Shown here: piece by piece, positions 13,638-24,935 of the stretch | Layout of the letters: each line of letters begins with the position of its first letter | Numbering within the stretch: position 1 is the stretch's first letter | Assembly (NCBI GenBank): GCA_964016885.1 | Contig: OZ024745.1 | Coordinates: 11,408,001-11,472,000, forward strand | Origin: Eledone cirrhosa | Lineage: Eukaryota | Direction of reading: 5' to 3' | Length of the DNA stretch: 64,000 bases | Translations under genes and position numbers: made by a program | The notes under the pieces: generated by a model | What the model was told of the DNA's origin: nothing | The model's input: only the letters and a program-made list of their open reading frames with translations | Database searches by the model: none

Positions 13638-16600
13638 CCTTGAATCTCAGTCATTGATGTTGGTTAACTGGAAAGTCCGTTGGATTGAATATCAAGCCAC
13701 TACCTGCAGCCTCAGATATTCAGGACGTATCGGAGGGTTCTTGCCGTTCCAAGCAAGCATGCCTTTTGAAGCGTTCCAAAAAGCGTGAAGGGGCCGATTT
13801 TCTTTAACCATCCCTGGAAACCTTTGGAGATAGTCCCCAGTGCGCCTATGACAATCGGGATCACTTTGACTTCATGGCAGTTCCAAATCCTTTTCACCTC
13901 CCACTTTAGGTCCTGGTATCGGTTAATTTTCTCCCTCTCCTTCTCTTGCACTCTCGTGTCGAACGGGCAGGCCACATCCACAATCAGGCACGATCTTTTT
14001 TCTTTGTCCACAACCACCAGGTCAGGTCTATTGTGTTCCAGTTTTTTGTCCGTCTGTATCCTAAAATCCCACAGCACCTTCACCTGACTGTTCTCCATCA
14101 CCGCCTCTGGCCTATGCTCATACCATTTCTCAGAATGTGGTAGATTGTTTACTTTGCACAGGTGCCAGTGGATCACCCTGCCCATCACATCGTGTCTCCA
14201 GCCCTTATAGTGGGTCTGGGCTAGGTGTTTACACTCGGACACAATGTGAGCCACAGTCTCCTCTCTCTCTCCACAGATCCTGCACAGTGGGCTAGCCTCC
14301 TCCTTGTAGATATGGTGCTTCAACCACTTCGTTTTGAGGGCCTGCTCCTGCGCAGCCATTAGCATTCCTTCTGTAGCCTTTTTGAGGTCTCCTCTTCTCA
14401 ACCAGTTCCATGTCTGTGGATCTCTAAATTCAGTTTTCTCAAAGAAGGTACTATGAAGGGATTTTCCCTTAAGGCTGCTCTTCCTCCTTGATGTTATTTC
14501 CTCCTTGGGTATCCCCTGGCCTACTCTCCCCTCCTTCAGTACAGCTCTGAGCATTGGCTCCTTACTATAGGTCACGTATTTGTATAGGTTGTTTTTCTCC
14601 ATCTGAACACAGTCCTCTATGCTGATAAGACCTCTTCCACCCTCAGATCTCCTTAGGTAGAGTCTATCGACATCACTCCTCTTGTGGAACATGTTGTAGA
14701 TAGTCAATAGCTTCCTAGTCTTCCTATCCATTTCTTTTTGTTCAGCAACATTCCATCTCAGAATTCCCGCACTGTACCTAATAATAGACACAGCTCGGGA
14801 ATTTACTGCGCTTATGGCATTTCTGCTGTTCAGATGTGACTTCAATACGCTCCTTACTCTCCGAATGTATTCAGTTCTTAACAATTCCTTCATTTTTTTG
14901 TTCTTTATGCCATCAGCCTCCAGAACGCCCAAATACTTGTATCCTTCCTCAGAGTCAATTTCCTTTATCATCTCACCTGTTGGTATCTGGATCCCGTTAC
15001 TTCTGCTCAACCTACCCCTCCTCATCACAATGACTCCACATTTACCAATACCAAACTGCATACATATATCACTGCTGAAAATACGGACAGTGTCAACAAG
15101 CACATCCAACTCCTTCTCACTTTTCCCGAAGAGCTTAAGATCGTCCATGAAGAGGAGGTGATTGATGGTAAGCTCTCCCCTTCCCAACTTGTATCCTGCT
15201 CTCACTTTTCGCAGCATAATGGTCAAGGGCATCAGGGCAAGGACAAACAACAGAGGGGACAGGCTATCTCCCTGGAAGATACCTCTCTTGATCTTCACGC
15301 TTCCCAAGGATACTCCAGTTGATGTCAACTCTGTCTCCCAGGACCCCATACTCCTGCCCAGCAACTCTCTGATGTTATCTGCCACCCTGAAGATCTCCAG
15401 GCTTTTGGTGATCCAGGAATGAGGCACCATGTCAAATGCCTTTCTGTAGTCTATCCATCCCATGGCAAGATCAGTGTGTCTCCTCCTGCAATTCCCCATT
15501 ACCATCTTATCAATAAGCAACTGGTCCTTTGTACCACGTGACTTCTTTCGGCATCCTTTCTGTTCGTCCGGCAACAAGTTGTTTGTGTGGAGGTGATGGT
15601 AGATTTCCTCAGACACAATGCTCGTCAACAGTTTCCACATTACGGGCAGACATGTGATAGGTCTATAGTTGGTAACATCATTACCCTTGATTCGGTCTTT
15701 CATTATCAGAACTGTGGTACCTTTTGTCAACCACTCTGGCACCTCACCCGACACCAAGCAGTCATTGAACATGGCCGTCAGCTTCGGGTGGAGGGATGTT
15801 AAATGTTTAATCCAATACCCCTGCACACCATCTGGGCCTGGTGATTTCCAGTTGGTTAGTTTTTTGGCTTGCCCCTTAAGAGTTTCAACTGTGATACTCA
15901 AATCAGTCTGTTGCTGTGCCTGCTCACCGATCTCCCTCTGTACTGTCTCAATCCACCCTGCCTGGGCATTGTGTCTAACATCCTGCTCCCATATTCCTCT
16001 CCAGAATGTTTTAGCTTGTTCCGCCCCAGGGATCAAGTCGGTGCCTCTTTCTTTCCCCTCAAGCTGTCCAAACAGCATCTTCTGGTTGTTGTCGAACATG
16101 CGGTTCTGTTTATACTGACTGACTCTGTTCTCGTATCGCCTGATTTTGGCACTCTTTGCTACAATGCGTTGCTTCAATTCCTCTATGATAATATTTAGCT
16201 TTTTACTCCTAGTTTTGTATTTTATTTCCAGTCTATTTTTAGTGCCTATGTTTTTTAGTGTCCCATTCAGTAGTGACTCAAGCTTTCCTATGTCATTTCT
16301 CATTTCCCCGATTTGCCCACTCAGTCGCTTCTTCCACCACGGCTCTGCTCTTTCTTGTCTGTTGTTTCCTCTCGCTTTTATACCAAGTAGTTTCCTCACC
16401 GTATTTGCTGTTGCTTTGAGGATATTGTTGCACTGGTGAAGTCTCCTCGCCTCAAGGTATGGGATGACTTTGTTTACCTTAGCTGTTGTTTCTTTTAACT
16501 TTTTCCTGTGTACAAATCTTAGGTTCATAGGTCTCCCACTATCATTGTTCAACTCATCTACCACTAAATTTAGGATGTCAACCGAATCTTGTCCTAGCCC

Positions 16601-18138
16601 GTCAGCATTCATCTCCTCAGTGGCCGTATCTCTGTTCCAGGTATTATTTATCTCAGTATTCAGATCATTGTCTGCTTCGGGTGGTTCCTCCGCTCTCAGG
16701 ACCTCCTCACCTTCATTTCCCGCCGGCTCGCTTGTCTGGCATACTACACCCGCCATCTCCAAGCCATTCTCTCTGCTCAGTTCCTCCAGTTCCAGCTCGC
16801 TTATCCACCCATTAGTTCTTATTACCCGAGCCTGCCCGGCCAATTTTTGTTCATCTAATTTAAATAAACCAATCTCGTTCCAGATGTTATGCATCCGTCT
16901 CCTGTAGCCCCTCTCCTTGGGGTTACTTTTCAGGTAGCATTGCATAACAGTTCTATTCAATTCTTTCGTCCAGTTGGTTCTGGCCCCTTTCCTTCTTCTT
17001 CTTCCTCCAACATCAGCAGTATTTCGTTGACAGTCAGGTTCCTGCTGCTGAGCCAGGGGGCACCTGTTGGGTGAGAGTCTGTCACATGACGTTCTAGTCT
17101 CCATTTCACCGTTATTCGAACTGTTTATGTTCGATATTTAAACACTCTTATCGAGGATTGGCGAATGTATGTTTACATAGCCATCTGTGGATCCGCCATC
17201 CCACTTGGCCCTTGTGTGGCATTATCACCACGCTGTATACGGACACACATAAACAAACAAACACACGGGCAGAAAGGGCCCCAAAAATGAATAAGCATAA
17301 GTTTCATTGTAATGTAGTATTCGAATGTCTGACTTAGTTTTTGTTTTTTAAGTTTTACTTTTTCCCCCCTCTTCTCTGTCCGTCCGCCTACCTCTCTCTT
17401 CATTCTTATTTTCTTTACGTTTTGGGGGTTTCTTTTTTTGTTTTTGTTTTTCTCTGTTTTTCTCGTTTTTTACTGTTGTTGCTGTGCTGCTTTTGTTGTT
17501 TATTTTTTCTTTTTTCTTTTGAGTCTATCTATATATTTTGATGCCTTCCTCTTTTTTAGCAGTAGGGATTCTATAATGTGGTGGCAGCAGCCAGCTAAAA
17601 GAAGAAGTGGGAGACCGGCGGCGGTAGCGATACTGAGACAGTGGTGGTGGTGATGTCGATACCGAGGCAGTGGTGGCGGTGATGTGACCGTATTACTGTA
17701 GCGATGGTGCTGTAGCGGTGGCAGCAGTGAAGGAGTGAAGGGGTGGTGGCGGCGGTGATGGGATAATGGTTGTAATGATGGCCGTAGTGATCGGTGGTGG
17801 TTTAGTGTACACAGGTGATAGGGTGGGTGGTGTATCTAGTTTCTGGTGTTGGTGAGTTTGGCTGTTCTATATAGTGTATACAGAGGAGGAGGGGGGGGGT
17901 TCTTCTTCCATTTATAGCCATTTTCTTTTTTGGATATACAGTGTACAATACAAAGTTGAATATTTGAATATTTGAGCCTTATAACAATATATTTTGGGTC
18001 CGAATTTTTTGGGGCTCAAGCCGGGTGCTTTACGTAGCATTTGTACTAAGAGTTGTTATTTCACAAATGGTTTAAATATGTTAAAAATTCAAAACTTACG
18101 GGAGCGATTTCATGACCTCCGTCACCTCGTGCGTCTTC

Positions 18139-18140
<2 letters not shown>
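13638..18140 (-). mobile_element. Dong/R4-clade RLE non-LTR retrotransposon, full-length copy B
   Basis: Same termini as copy A (3' ..gattcaagg-(TAA)n; 5' aagaagacgcacgagg); embedded in (TAA)n. Confidence 0.95.
13712..17104 (-). CDS. Intact 1130-aa reverse transcriptase / CCHC finger / PD-(D/E)xK restriction-like endonuclease
   Basis: KSPGPDG, NYRPITCL, EQKG, WIDYRKAFD, GIFQGDSLSP, LFMDD, YKYLG, GGRGL; CRICGEREETVAHIVSEC; RHD; RPDLVVVD..DVACP..EKINRY. Confidence 0.95.
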   Translation of the reverse strand: METRTSCDRLSPNRCPLAQQQEPDCQRNTADVGGRRRRKGARTNWTKELNRTVMQCYLKSNPKERGYRRRMHNIWNEIGLFKLDEQKLAGQARVIRTNGWISELELEELSRENGLEMAGVVCQTSEPAGNEGEEVLRAEEPPEADNDLNTEINNTWNRDTATEEMNADGLGQDSVDILNLVVDELNNDSGRPMNLRFVHRKKLKETTAKVNKVIPYLEARRLHQCNNILKATANTVRKLLGIKARGNNRQERAEPWWKKRLSGQIGEMRNDIGKLESLLNGTLKNIGTKNRLEIKYKTRSKKLNIIIEELKQRIVAKSAKIRRYENRVSQYKQNRMFDNNQKMLFGQLEGKERGTDLIPGAEQAKTFWRGIWEQDVRHNAQAGWIETVQREIGEQAQQQTDLSITVETLKGQAKKLTNWKSPGPDGVQGYWIKHLTSLHPKLTAMFNDCLVSGEVPEWLTKGTTVLIMKDRIKGNDVTNYRPITCLPVMWKLLTSIVSEEIYHHLHTNNLLPDEQKGCRKKSRGTKDQLLIDKMVMGNCRRRHTDLAMGWIDYRKAFDMVPHSWITKSLEIFRVADNIRELLGRSMGSWETELTSTGVSLGSVKIKRGIFQGDSLSPLLFVLALMPLTIMLRKVRAGYKLGRGELTINHLLFMDDLKLFGKSEKELDVLVDTVRIFSSDICMQFGIGKCGVIVMRRGRLSRSNGIQIPTGEMIKEIDSEEGYKYLGVLEADGIKNKKMKELLRTEYIRRVRSVLKSHLNSRNAISAVNSRAVSIIRYSAGILRWNVAEQKEMDRKTRKLLTIYNMFHKRSDVDRLYLRRSEGGRGLISIEDCVQMEKNNLYKYVTYSKEPMLRAVLKEGRVGQGIPKEEITSRRKSSLKGKSLHSTFFEKTEFRDPQTWNWLRRGDLKKATEGMLMAAQEQALKTKWLKHHIYKEEASPLCRICGEREETVAHIVSECKHLAQTHYKGWRHDVMGRVIHWHLCKVNNLPHSEKWYEHRPEAVMENSQVKVLWDFRIQTDKKLEHNRPDLVVVDKEKRSCLIVDVACPFDTRVQEKEREKINRYQDLKWEVKRIWNCHEVKVIPIVIGALGTISKGFQGWLKKIGPFTLFGTLQKACLLGTARTLRYVLNI

Positions 18141-18196
<56 letters not shown>

Positions 18197-18202
18197 CGTT
18201 AT

Positions 18203-18391
18203 AGGGCAGTGTACTGGCAGTATCGGTAGAGGGCCTGACGCCATGCTTTGCAGCAAAGAGTTACGGCCCTTTGTGGTCTGAGTTCAAATCCCGCCGAGGT
18301 TAACTTTGCCCTTCATCCTTACGGGGTCGATAAAATAGAGTACCAGTAATGTACTGGGAGAATTGCTGGCCTTGTGCCAAAAGTAGAAACA
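18203..18391 (+). mobile_element. tRNA-derived SINE with Meta/MESC-like central domain
   Basis: A box tggcagtatcgg, B box gagttcaaatccc, core gcccttcatccttacggggtcgataaaatagagtaccag, (ATT)n tail. The domain name is from recall, not from a search. Confidence 0.8.
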
Positions 18392-18418
18392 ATTATTATT
18401 ATTATTATCGTTATTATC

Positions 18419-18800
18419 GCTCTGTCACGCAGATGGAAAATGTATCGAGGTATTTAGTCATCTGTCAAGTCCCATCAAGGACCTCAGACAAGTAATACTT
18501 TCCTCAAAATGTGCGCAGTACCTAGCAATGTCGCCTTTTGTATGTCAGCCAACCTGTTTGGTATTCTCAGTTGCTTTAAGAAATCTTGAAGTTTCAATGG
18601 GATTGACCTTAATACCCTGATCACTGGTATCACTTTCACATTACCCTCTTACATTTCAAATAGTCTTGCCTGTTCCACTTTCAATTCAGAGTACTTGGTG
18701 GTATTTTCAATCTTCTTACTCGTAATACCCGTGTCATTTGGTATGGCTACGTCAATGATCTGACAGTGTTTGTCTTTCTTGTTCAACACGACAATGTCTA
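18419..18800 (-). mobile_element. 3' fragment of a second, diverged Dong/R4-like family
   Basis: LDIVVLNKKDKHCQIIDVAIPND..KKIENTTKYSELK, then QKATLLGTAHILRKVL (compare QKACLLGTARTLRYVL in copy B); ends in an (ATT)n tract. Confidence 0.8.
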
Positions 18801-19394
18801 GATACGGTCCCAAAAGCCTTGGGATACCCGACTTCATAGGCAATGCTTCAATTTCTATCATCCCCAGCACTGCCAATACACGATATGTGTTGAGCCTCTG
18901 GAACCAGGGACTGGAGGCCAATCAACACGTCGCACCTAGCAACCGATTGATAGAGAAACCTTACAAAAGGAAAACAAAATTATTATTATTTAACATCTTT
19001 TCAAATCTGATTCTACATAAATCTCTGTGATTCTCGAGTGCCTTTTATTTCAGAATTTGTCAGATGTTTCTTTTCGTCAAAAATTGAAATTTTTCATTGT
19101 TATGCTGCTTCAGTTTGTTTGGGATAGAAGGAAAGAAAAACACTTGCTTTATTTTTATTTCAATCAACTATTTCAAGCGCTCTATTATATTATCTTATTT
19201 TTTTCATGTTTCTTGTCTCTTGGAGTTCTTGGATTGCTTTCATTAGTTTTTGTACTTTTTCAGAAACCTGAAATTGTAATAGAAGTCCAACTTGAAACGT
19301 GTGTCGTTCTACTTCAGCTTCACTATATCTTTCTCTAAGTGGGGAATAAAATATAGACTGAAATATATTTACTAGTTTACATTTATATAACAAG

Positions 19395-19640
19395 TGGAGA
19401 CGTGTGGCCTAGTGGTAACTGTGTTGGGCTTATGATCGTAATGTCGTGGGTTCAATTCCTAGACACTTCCTTTCATGTATACTCAGCTGAAATTGAATAT
19501 TACCAGCAGTAGCTGAAGGGTTTAACCCTGCGATGGACAAGCGTCTTGTTGAGTAGGGAGTCTTGTACTCTCGGGCAGTTATTGCCACAGAAACCAGGAT
19601 AAACACTGACCTAACGAACTTCCGAGTTCCAGATAGACTT
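19395..19640 (+). mobile_element. Second tRNA-derived SINE family (V-domain-like)
   Basis: A box gtggcctagtgg, B box gggttcaattcc, and aaccctgcgatggac...gaaaccagga resembling the V-SINE core. Confidence 0.6.
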
Positions 19641-20684
19641 TAGACATTTTAAATACTTTGATATAGAAAGTTATTCAGTTTCTTTATTGGAGAGGTAGTT
19701 AGGCCAACCGTAATATATTTTGTTTTGTAACACAACAGGAATGACAGTAATTATCTAAAACTTTAGTTCTAATCCTTTCAAAGCCCCAAGAATTTGAAAC
19801 TTCCGCATTATTGCATCGTCGTTTACTTTTGACTATTTTCTTACTACTACATTCATATTAACAAATTATTTCTACTTTTCTCTTCTCGAAGAAGATAAAG
19901 ATGATTATAAATTGAATAGGCTACTTATGTAACACAGAAGAAATATACTCTACACATTTTTGTCCAGCAGAAAGTTAAATTACAAGAGCTATAAAGAATA
20001 GGTAGAACAAAGCGTTTTTAGACTTAGTAGAAGAAACTTTATAACTTCGACATTTAAGAGGAATCCTATGCATCAATTGCTAAAAGAATCAACAGTATAG
20101 AATACATAACTCTTTGTAAATAATATATAGCTAAGTATTCAGTTGTCTCGTTGTTGCACGAATAAACTTACATTACATGTTTTGTTAAGTTGGTCAATTG
20201 CAACAAGTGCATTCAGAAGATTATCTAGCAGCAATACTTCAATGATTCATGAAGAGTAATTTCATAGGTCAGTTCTATTGAGAGCCAGAATTGTACTGGA
20301 CATTCGAAAACCAGTTGGTTTTACGAGCTATTTGTCTTACCGCGTTTTTATAAAAACTGAATGAGGTAGTTAATTGAGATCCTCTAAAATATATCGGTCT
20401 TTGATATTTTATCTCTCATAAGAAAGCTAAAGGTATTTCGGAACAATTTAACCAATTCCATTATCCCTTTAGTACATTTATTTTATGTATGAGATTAAAA
20501 TGGATTCAATAAAAGTTATGCCAATATGGTGAGCTAAAATCTGGTCCGCAGGTTTAGCAATAGATACCGGAATACCGTGTTATCAAAATATCCATAGTTT
20601 TCTTCGTTTTATTGTCTTAAGATTTACAGATTAAATATTTTACATTTTTTGTATATATTTCTATCCGAAGACACGTCTTTTTAC

Positions 20685-20719
<35 letters not shown>

Positions 20720-20725
20720 CGCGCA

Positions 20726-20781
<56 letters not shown>

Positions 20782-21057
20782 GATTTCTTACGAATGAAAC
20801 AGTTCTAGTGATGTAGAAGTCATTTCTATAATTTAAAAAAATGCCTATACTCTTCTAACGTATTGAGTACCTTTATTATCTGGGGTCACCTCCCGATATA
20901 CACAGGGAATCCACCTATATATATATATATATATATATATATGCAGAAGTTATATTTAATTTGTGGGGATTCAACAAGCTTAAAAGTTTTATAACTGATA
21001 TAAAGCACTCAACAAATTACTGGAGGAATTATTGAAATTATTATAAAACCATAATTA

Positions 21058-21118
21058 TTTTATTATATATATTTCAAGGGCAACCAAGGCAAATTTGGTG
21101 CGCTTTCATCAGATAAAA
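21058..21118 (-). ncRNA. Type I hammerhead ribozyme, canonical core
   Basis: Minus strand: ttttat-CTGATGA-aagcgcacca..tggttgccctt-GAAA-tatata-TA-ataaaa. Its 3' half is repeated inverted at about 21130-21156. Confidence 0.85.
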
Positions 21119-21174
21119 ATGTTGACATACCCGAAATATATATAATAAAATAATTATATTTTATAAATATAGAT

Positions 21175-21700
21175 ACACACAGACACACAGAGACACAGAG
21201 ACACACACAGACACACATAGACACACACAGACACACAGGCACACAGAGACACACACAGACACATAGACACACAGAGACACACACAGACACACAGGCACAC
21301 ACAGACACACACAGAGACACAGAGATACAGAGACACACACAGACACACAGACACACAGACGCACGCAGACACACACAGACACACAGACACACACAGACAC
21401 ACACAGACACACACAGACACACATATACACACAGACACACAGACACACACAGACACACAGACACACACAGACACACACATACACACATACACACAGAGAC
21501 ACACAGAGACACACAGACACACAGACACACACAGACACACACAGACACACAGAGACACACACAGACACACACAGACACACACAGACACACAGACACACAG
21601 AGACACACAGAGACACACACAGACACACACAGACACAAACAGACACACACAGACACACACAGACACACAGAGACACACAGACACACACAGACACACACAG

Positions 21701-21786
<86 letters not shown>
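21175..21786. repeat. Compound (CA)/(CAGA) microsatellite followed by (TA)n
   Basis: Seen directly; the Cys/Val-rich ORFs here are artefacts. Confidence 0.95.
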
Positions 21787-21789
<3 letters not shown>

Positions 21790-22116
21790 GTGTGTTGGAC
21801 TGTTATTTCTATTCAATACACGCTTACCACGTTAGTCTAGCGGAGCACGAGGTGATAAATTCATCTTTCTGTGTGAACGTTGGCAAATAGTGTTTGTGGC
21901 ATTTAATCAGATTCTCTCGCTGATGAAGCCCAGAATTATCTGTTACAAACACACTCAGGGCGAAACAGATTAGGGATAATCTGTCCGAGAGATATAATGG
22001 TTATTGAGGCGGTTTGTATATTTTATCATTCTGTCTGCTTCTTGGTTAAATATTTCAAACAAATGTGGTTTTTCAACCCTTGTAATTTTAGACACACGGT
22101 TTACTGTGTTTCTTAC
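21787..22116 (+). mobile_element. About 330-bp ORF-less HHR element inserted in (TA)n (solo pseudo-LTR or retrozyme-like)
   Basis: (TA)n on both sides with a central HHR. Confidence 0.7.
21913..21992 (+). ncRNA. Type I hammerhead ribozyme, canonical core, full stems
   Basis: tctctcg-CTGATGA-a-gccc..gggc-GAAA-cagatta-ggga-taatctg-TC-cgagaga: 7-bp stem I, 7-bp stem III, GUC site at 21983-21985. Confidence 0.93.
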
Positions 22117-22120
22117 TATA

Positions 22121-22244
<124 letters not shown>

Positions 22245-22260
22245 TTATACATATATATAT

Positions 22261-22935
22261 ATATGTGAAAAAATGGGGAGAAGAATAAGCTGGGTGAATA
22301 TATGAGCGCGTAGAAAAAAGATCTTTCGAGATGAATCCAAATGTAAGAAAGAAGGAAATTGTTTTCGTCGCGAACGGGGTGAAGTGAGAAGGGGAGAAAC
22401 AGTGAATGAGTGAGTGGAAGTGTGAGGAAGAGGTCAGTAGAGAGAAAGTGTTAACTGACATGACAGAGGGGGCCAAAGAAAGTAAGAGAAACAGAGAGAA
22501 CGAGGGAGCAGTAAGAGAGAGAGAGAGAAAAACAGAATCGCAGTTTAGGTAAATATATGTGAAAAAATAGGGAGAAGAATACTGCAGGTTGCACATGGAT
22601 AACATGTTATAAAATGAGTCCCTCATCAGTGATTTGCCAACGATCATAGATATTTCATTGCATTAAAAATCATATACCTCACGTTGGTGCAATAATAACT
22701 AAATTAAGTTATTAGGACAATTAAAACGCGTAAAGCGAGTGAGACAAGTAACAACAAAGAGGAAAGCTAACCGTAGATAGGAAGGGCACAAGCTACATAG
22801 TTATTCTGTCAGCATAAGCTCGGTGAATATATGAGCGAGTAGAAAAAAAGACCTTTCGAGATGAATCCAAATGTAAGAAAGAAGGAAATTGTTTTCGTCG
22901 CGAACGGGGTGAAGTGAGAAGGGGAGAAACAGTGA
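22261..22935. repeat. Partial tandem duplication (about 120 bp at 22285 and 22814; 27 bp at 22261 and 22555) between (TA)n tracts
   Basis: ataagct.ggtgaatatatgagcg.gtagaaaaaaga...ggggagaaacagtga occurs twice. Confidence 0.85.
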
Positions 22936-23275
22936 GTGAATATATATGTATATATATATATATATGTATACACAGTTCAAGAGTAACCAATCTTAAAGAG
23001 AGAGATGGAGATAAGAGAAGGGATAGGAGAGGAGCGATTGGTGAATTAGTTAGAAGCCTAAGCGTAAAGGCATGTGCTCAATGTGCAATATGCAGTGGAA
23101 GGCAGCTAGGTGGCTGGGTTCATGCAGAAGTTAGATGCGCAGAGCTGGAAATATTCATTAGTTAAGCAAAACAAGACCACAAATTTCACAAGGAAGACAT
23201 TATTAAAAGATTGTCAACATATTTTAGTTTGATGTAAGGAATGTAGAGAATAATAATAATAATATTAATAATAAT

Positions 23276-23471
23276 TGCTTCTACTTTAGGCACAAGGCCA
23301 GCAATTACCCAGTACATTATGGTACTTTATTTTATCGACCCCATAAGGACGAAAGGCAAAGTTAACTTCGGCGGGATTTGAACTCAGATCATAAAGGGTC
23401 GTAACTATGCTAGAAAGCATAGCGTCCGACCCTCTACTGATACTGCCAATCCACCGCCCTAATCCACGCCC
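23276..23471 (-). mobile_element. tRNA-SINE (same family as 18203) with a 19-bp target-site duplication
   Basis: TSD taataatattaataataat at 23257-23275 and 23472-23490. Confidence 0.88.
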
Positions 23472-23497
23472 TAATAATATTAATAATAATAATGTCC

Positions 23498-23617
23498 GTT
23501 TACAATTGTTTCGCTACTCCATATGATATTTCTGGATCAGATGACTATATATCATAATTGATCTGGTTCAGTTGAAAATAATTAACATATTTAAAAGACA
23601 GAGCGGCTCATCGGAAC
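23498..23617 (-). ncRNA. Type I hammerhead-like motif, U4C core, long stem II insert
   Basis: Minus strand: gtt-CCGATGA-gccgct...agtagc-GAAA-caattg-TA-aac. Confidence 0.6.
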
Positions 23618-23847
23618 TTCAAAGGAATATAAATTAAAATAATGAGAAAATGTTACATAATATAATGTTCCATATAGTTCCATATAGTTCCATATAGTAG
23701 CGAAACAATTGTAAACGGACATTATTATTATTATTAATATTATTATTATTATTCTCTACATTCCTTACATCAAACTAAAATATGTTGACAATCTTTTAAT
23801 AATGTCTTCCTTGTGAAATTTGTGGTCTTGTCTTGCTTAAATAATGA

Positions 23848-24475
<628 letters not shown>

Positions 24476-24745
24476 TTCGTCAGCTTGTATATATGTATGT
24501 AGCTATTAATTAATATTTATTTTTTGTACAGATTATCACATGTATCACTTAGCATTGTCAAGAGTGTCTGTTAAATGGCATGTATTTCCTCGGAGACATC
24601 TTTTCCTCAGGCAGATCTCGCAGAAACATTAATTAGAAAAATATGATGAGAAATAATTAGGCTCTTCTTTCTGTCCCCACACTCTTACACATACTACACA
24701 ACATGGATACACCGCTTCTATTTTTATAAATGTAGAATGAGTACA

Positions 24746-24935
<190 letters not shown>

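Larger units (their letters stand above)
23162..23840. repeat. Fold-back element; left arm (23162-23518) interrupted by a SINE, right arm 23696-23840
   Basis: The arms are reverse complements once 23276-23490 is removed. Confidence 0.88.

Noticed and set aside
9234-17074. Plus-strand ORFs overlapping the Dong elements
   Set aside because: Antisense shadows of the RT ORF, duplicated only because the element is duplicated.
17100-17175. HDV-like ribozyme near the Dong start codon (UCCUCG loop, hairpin, possible P2)
   Set aside because: P1 and P3 are weak and there is no catalytic C in the J4/2 position.
18203-18295. tRNA gene (also at about 19395)
   Set aside because: A and B boxes are present but there is no cloverleaf; these are SINE heads.
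19930-20110. Possible pogo/Tigger HTH remnant (QQKVKLQE..EESYASIAKR)
   Set aside because: Too short and broken to support without a profile search.
21845-21855. gcacgaggtga shared with the Dong 5' terminus
   Set aside because: Only 11 nt with no flanking similarity; plausibly chance.
24570-24616. Minus-strand CTGAGGA...GAAA
   Set aside because: Stems II and III do not pair.
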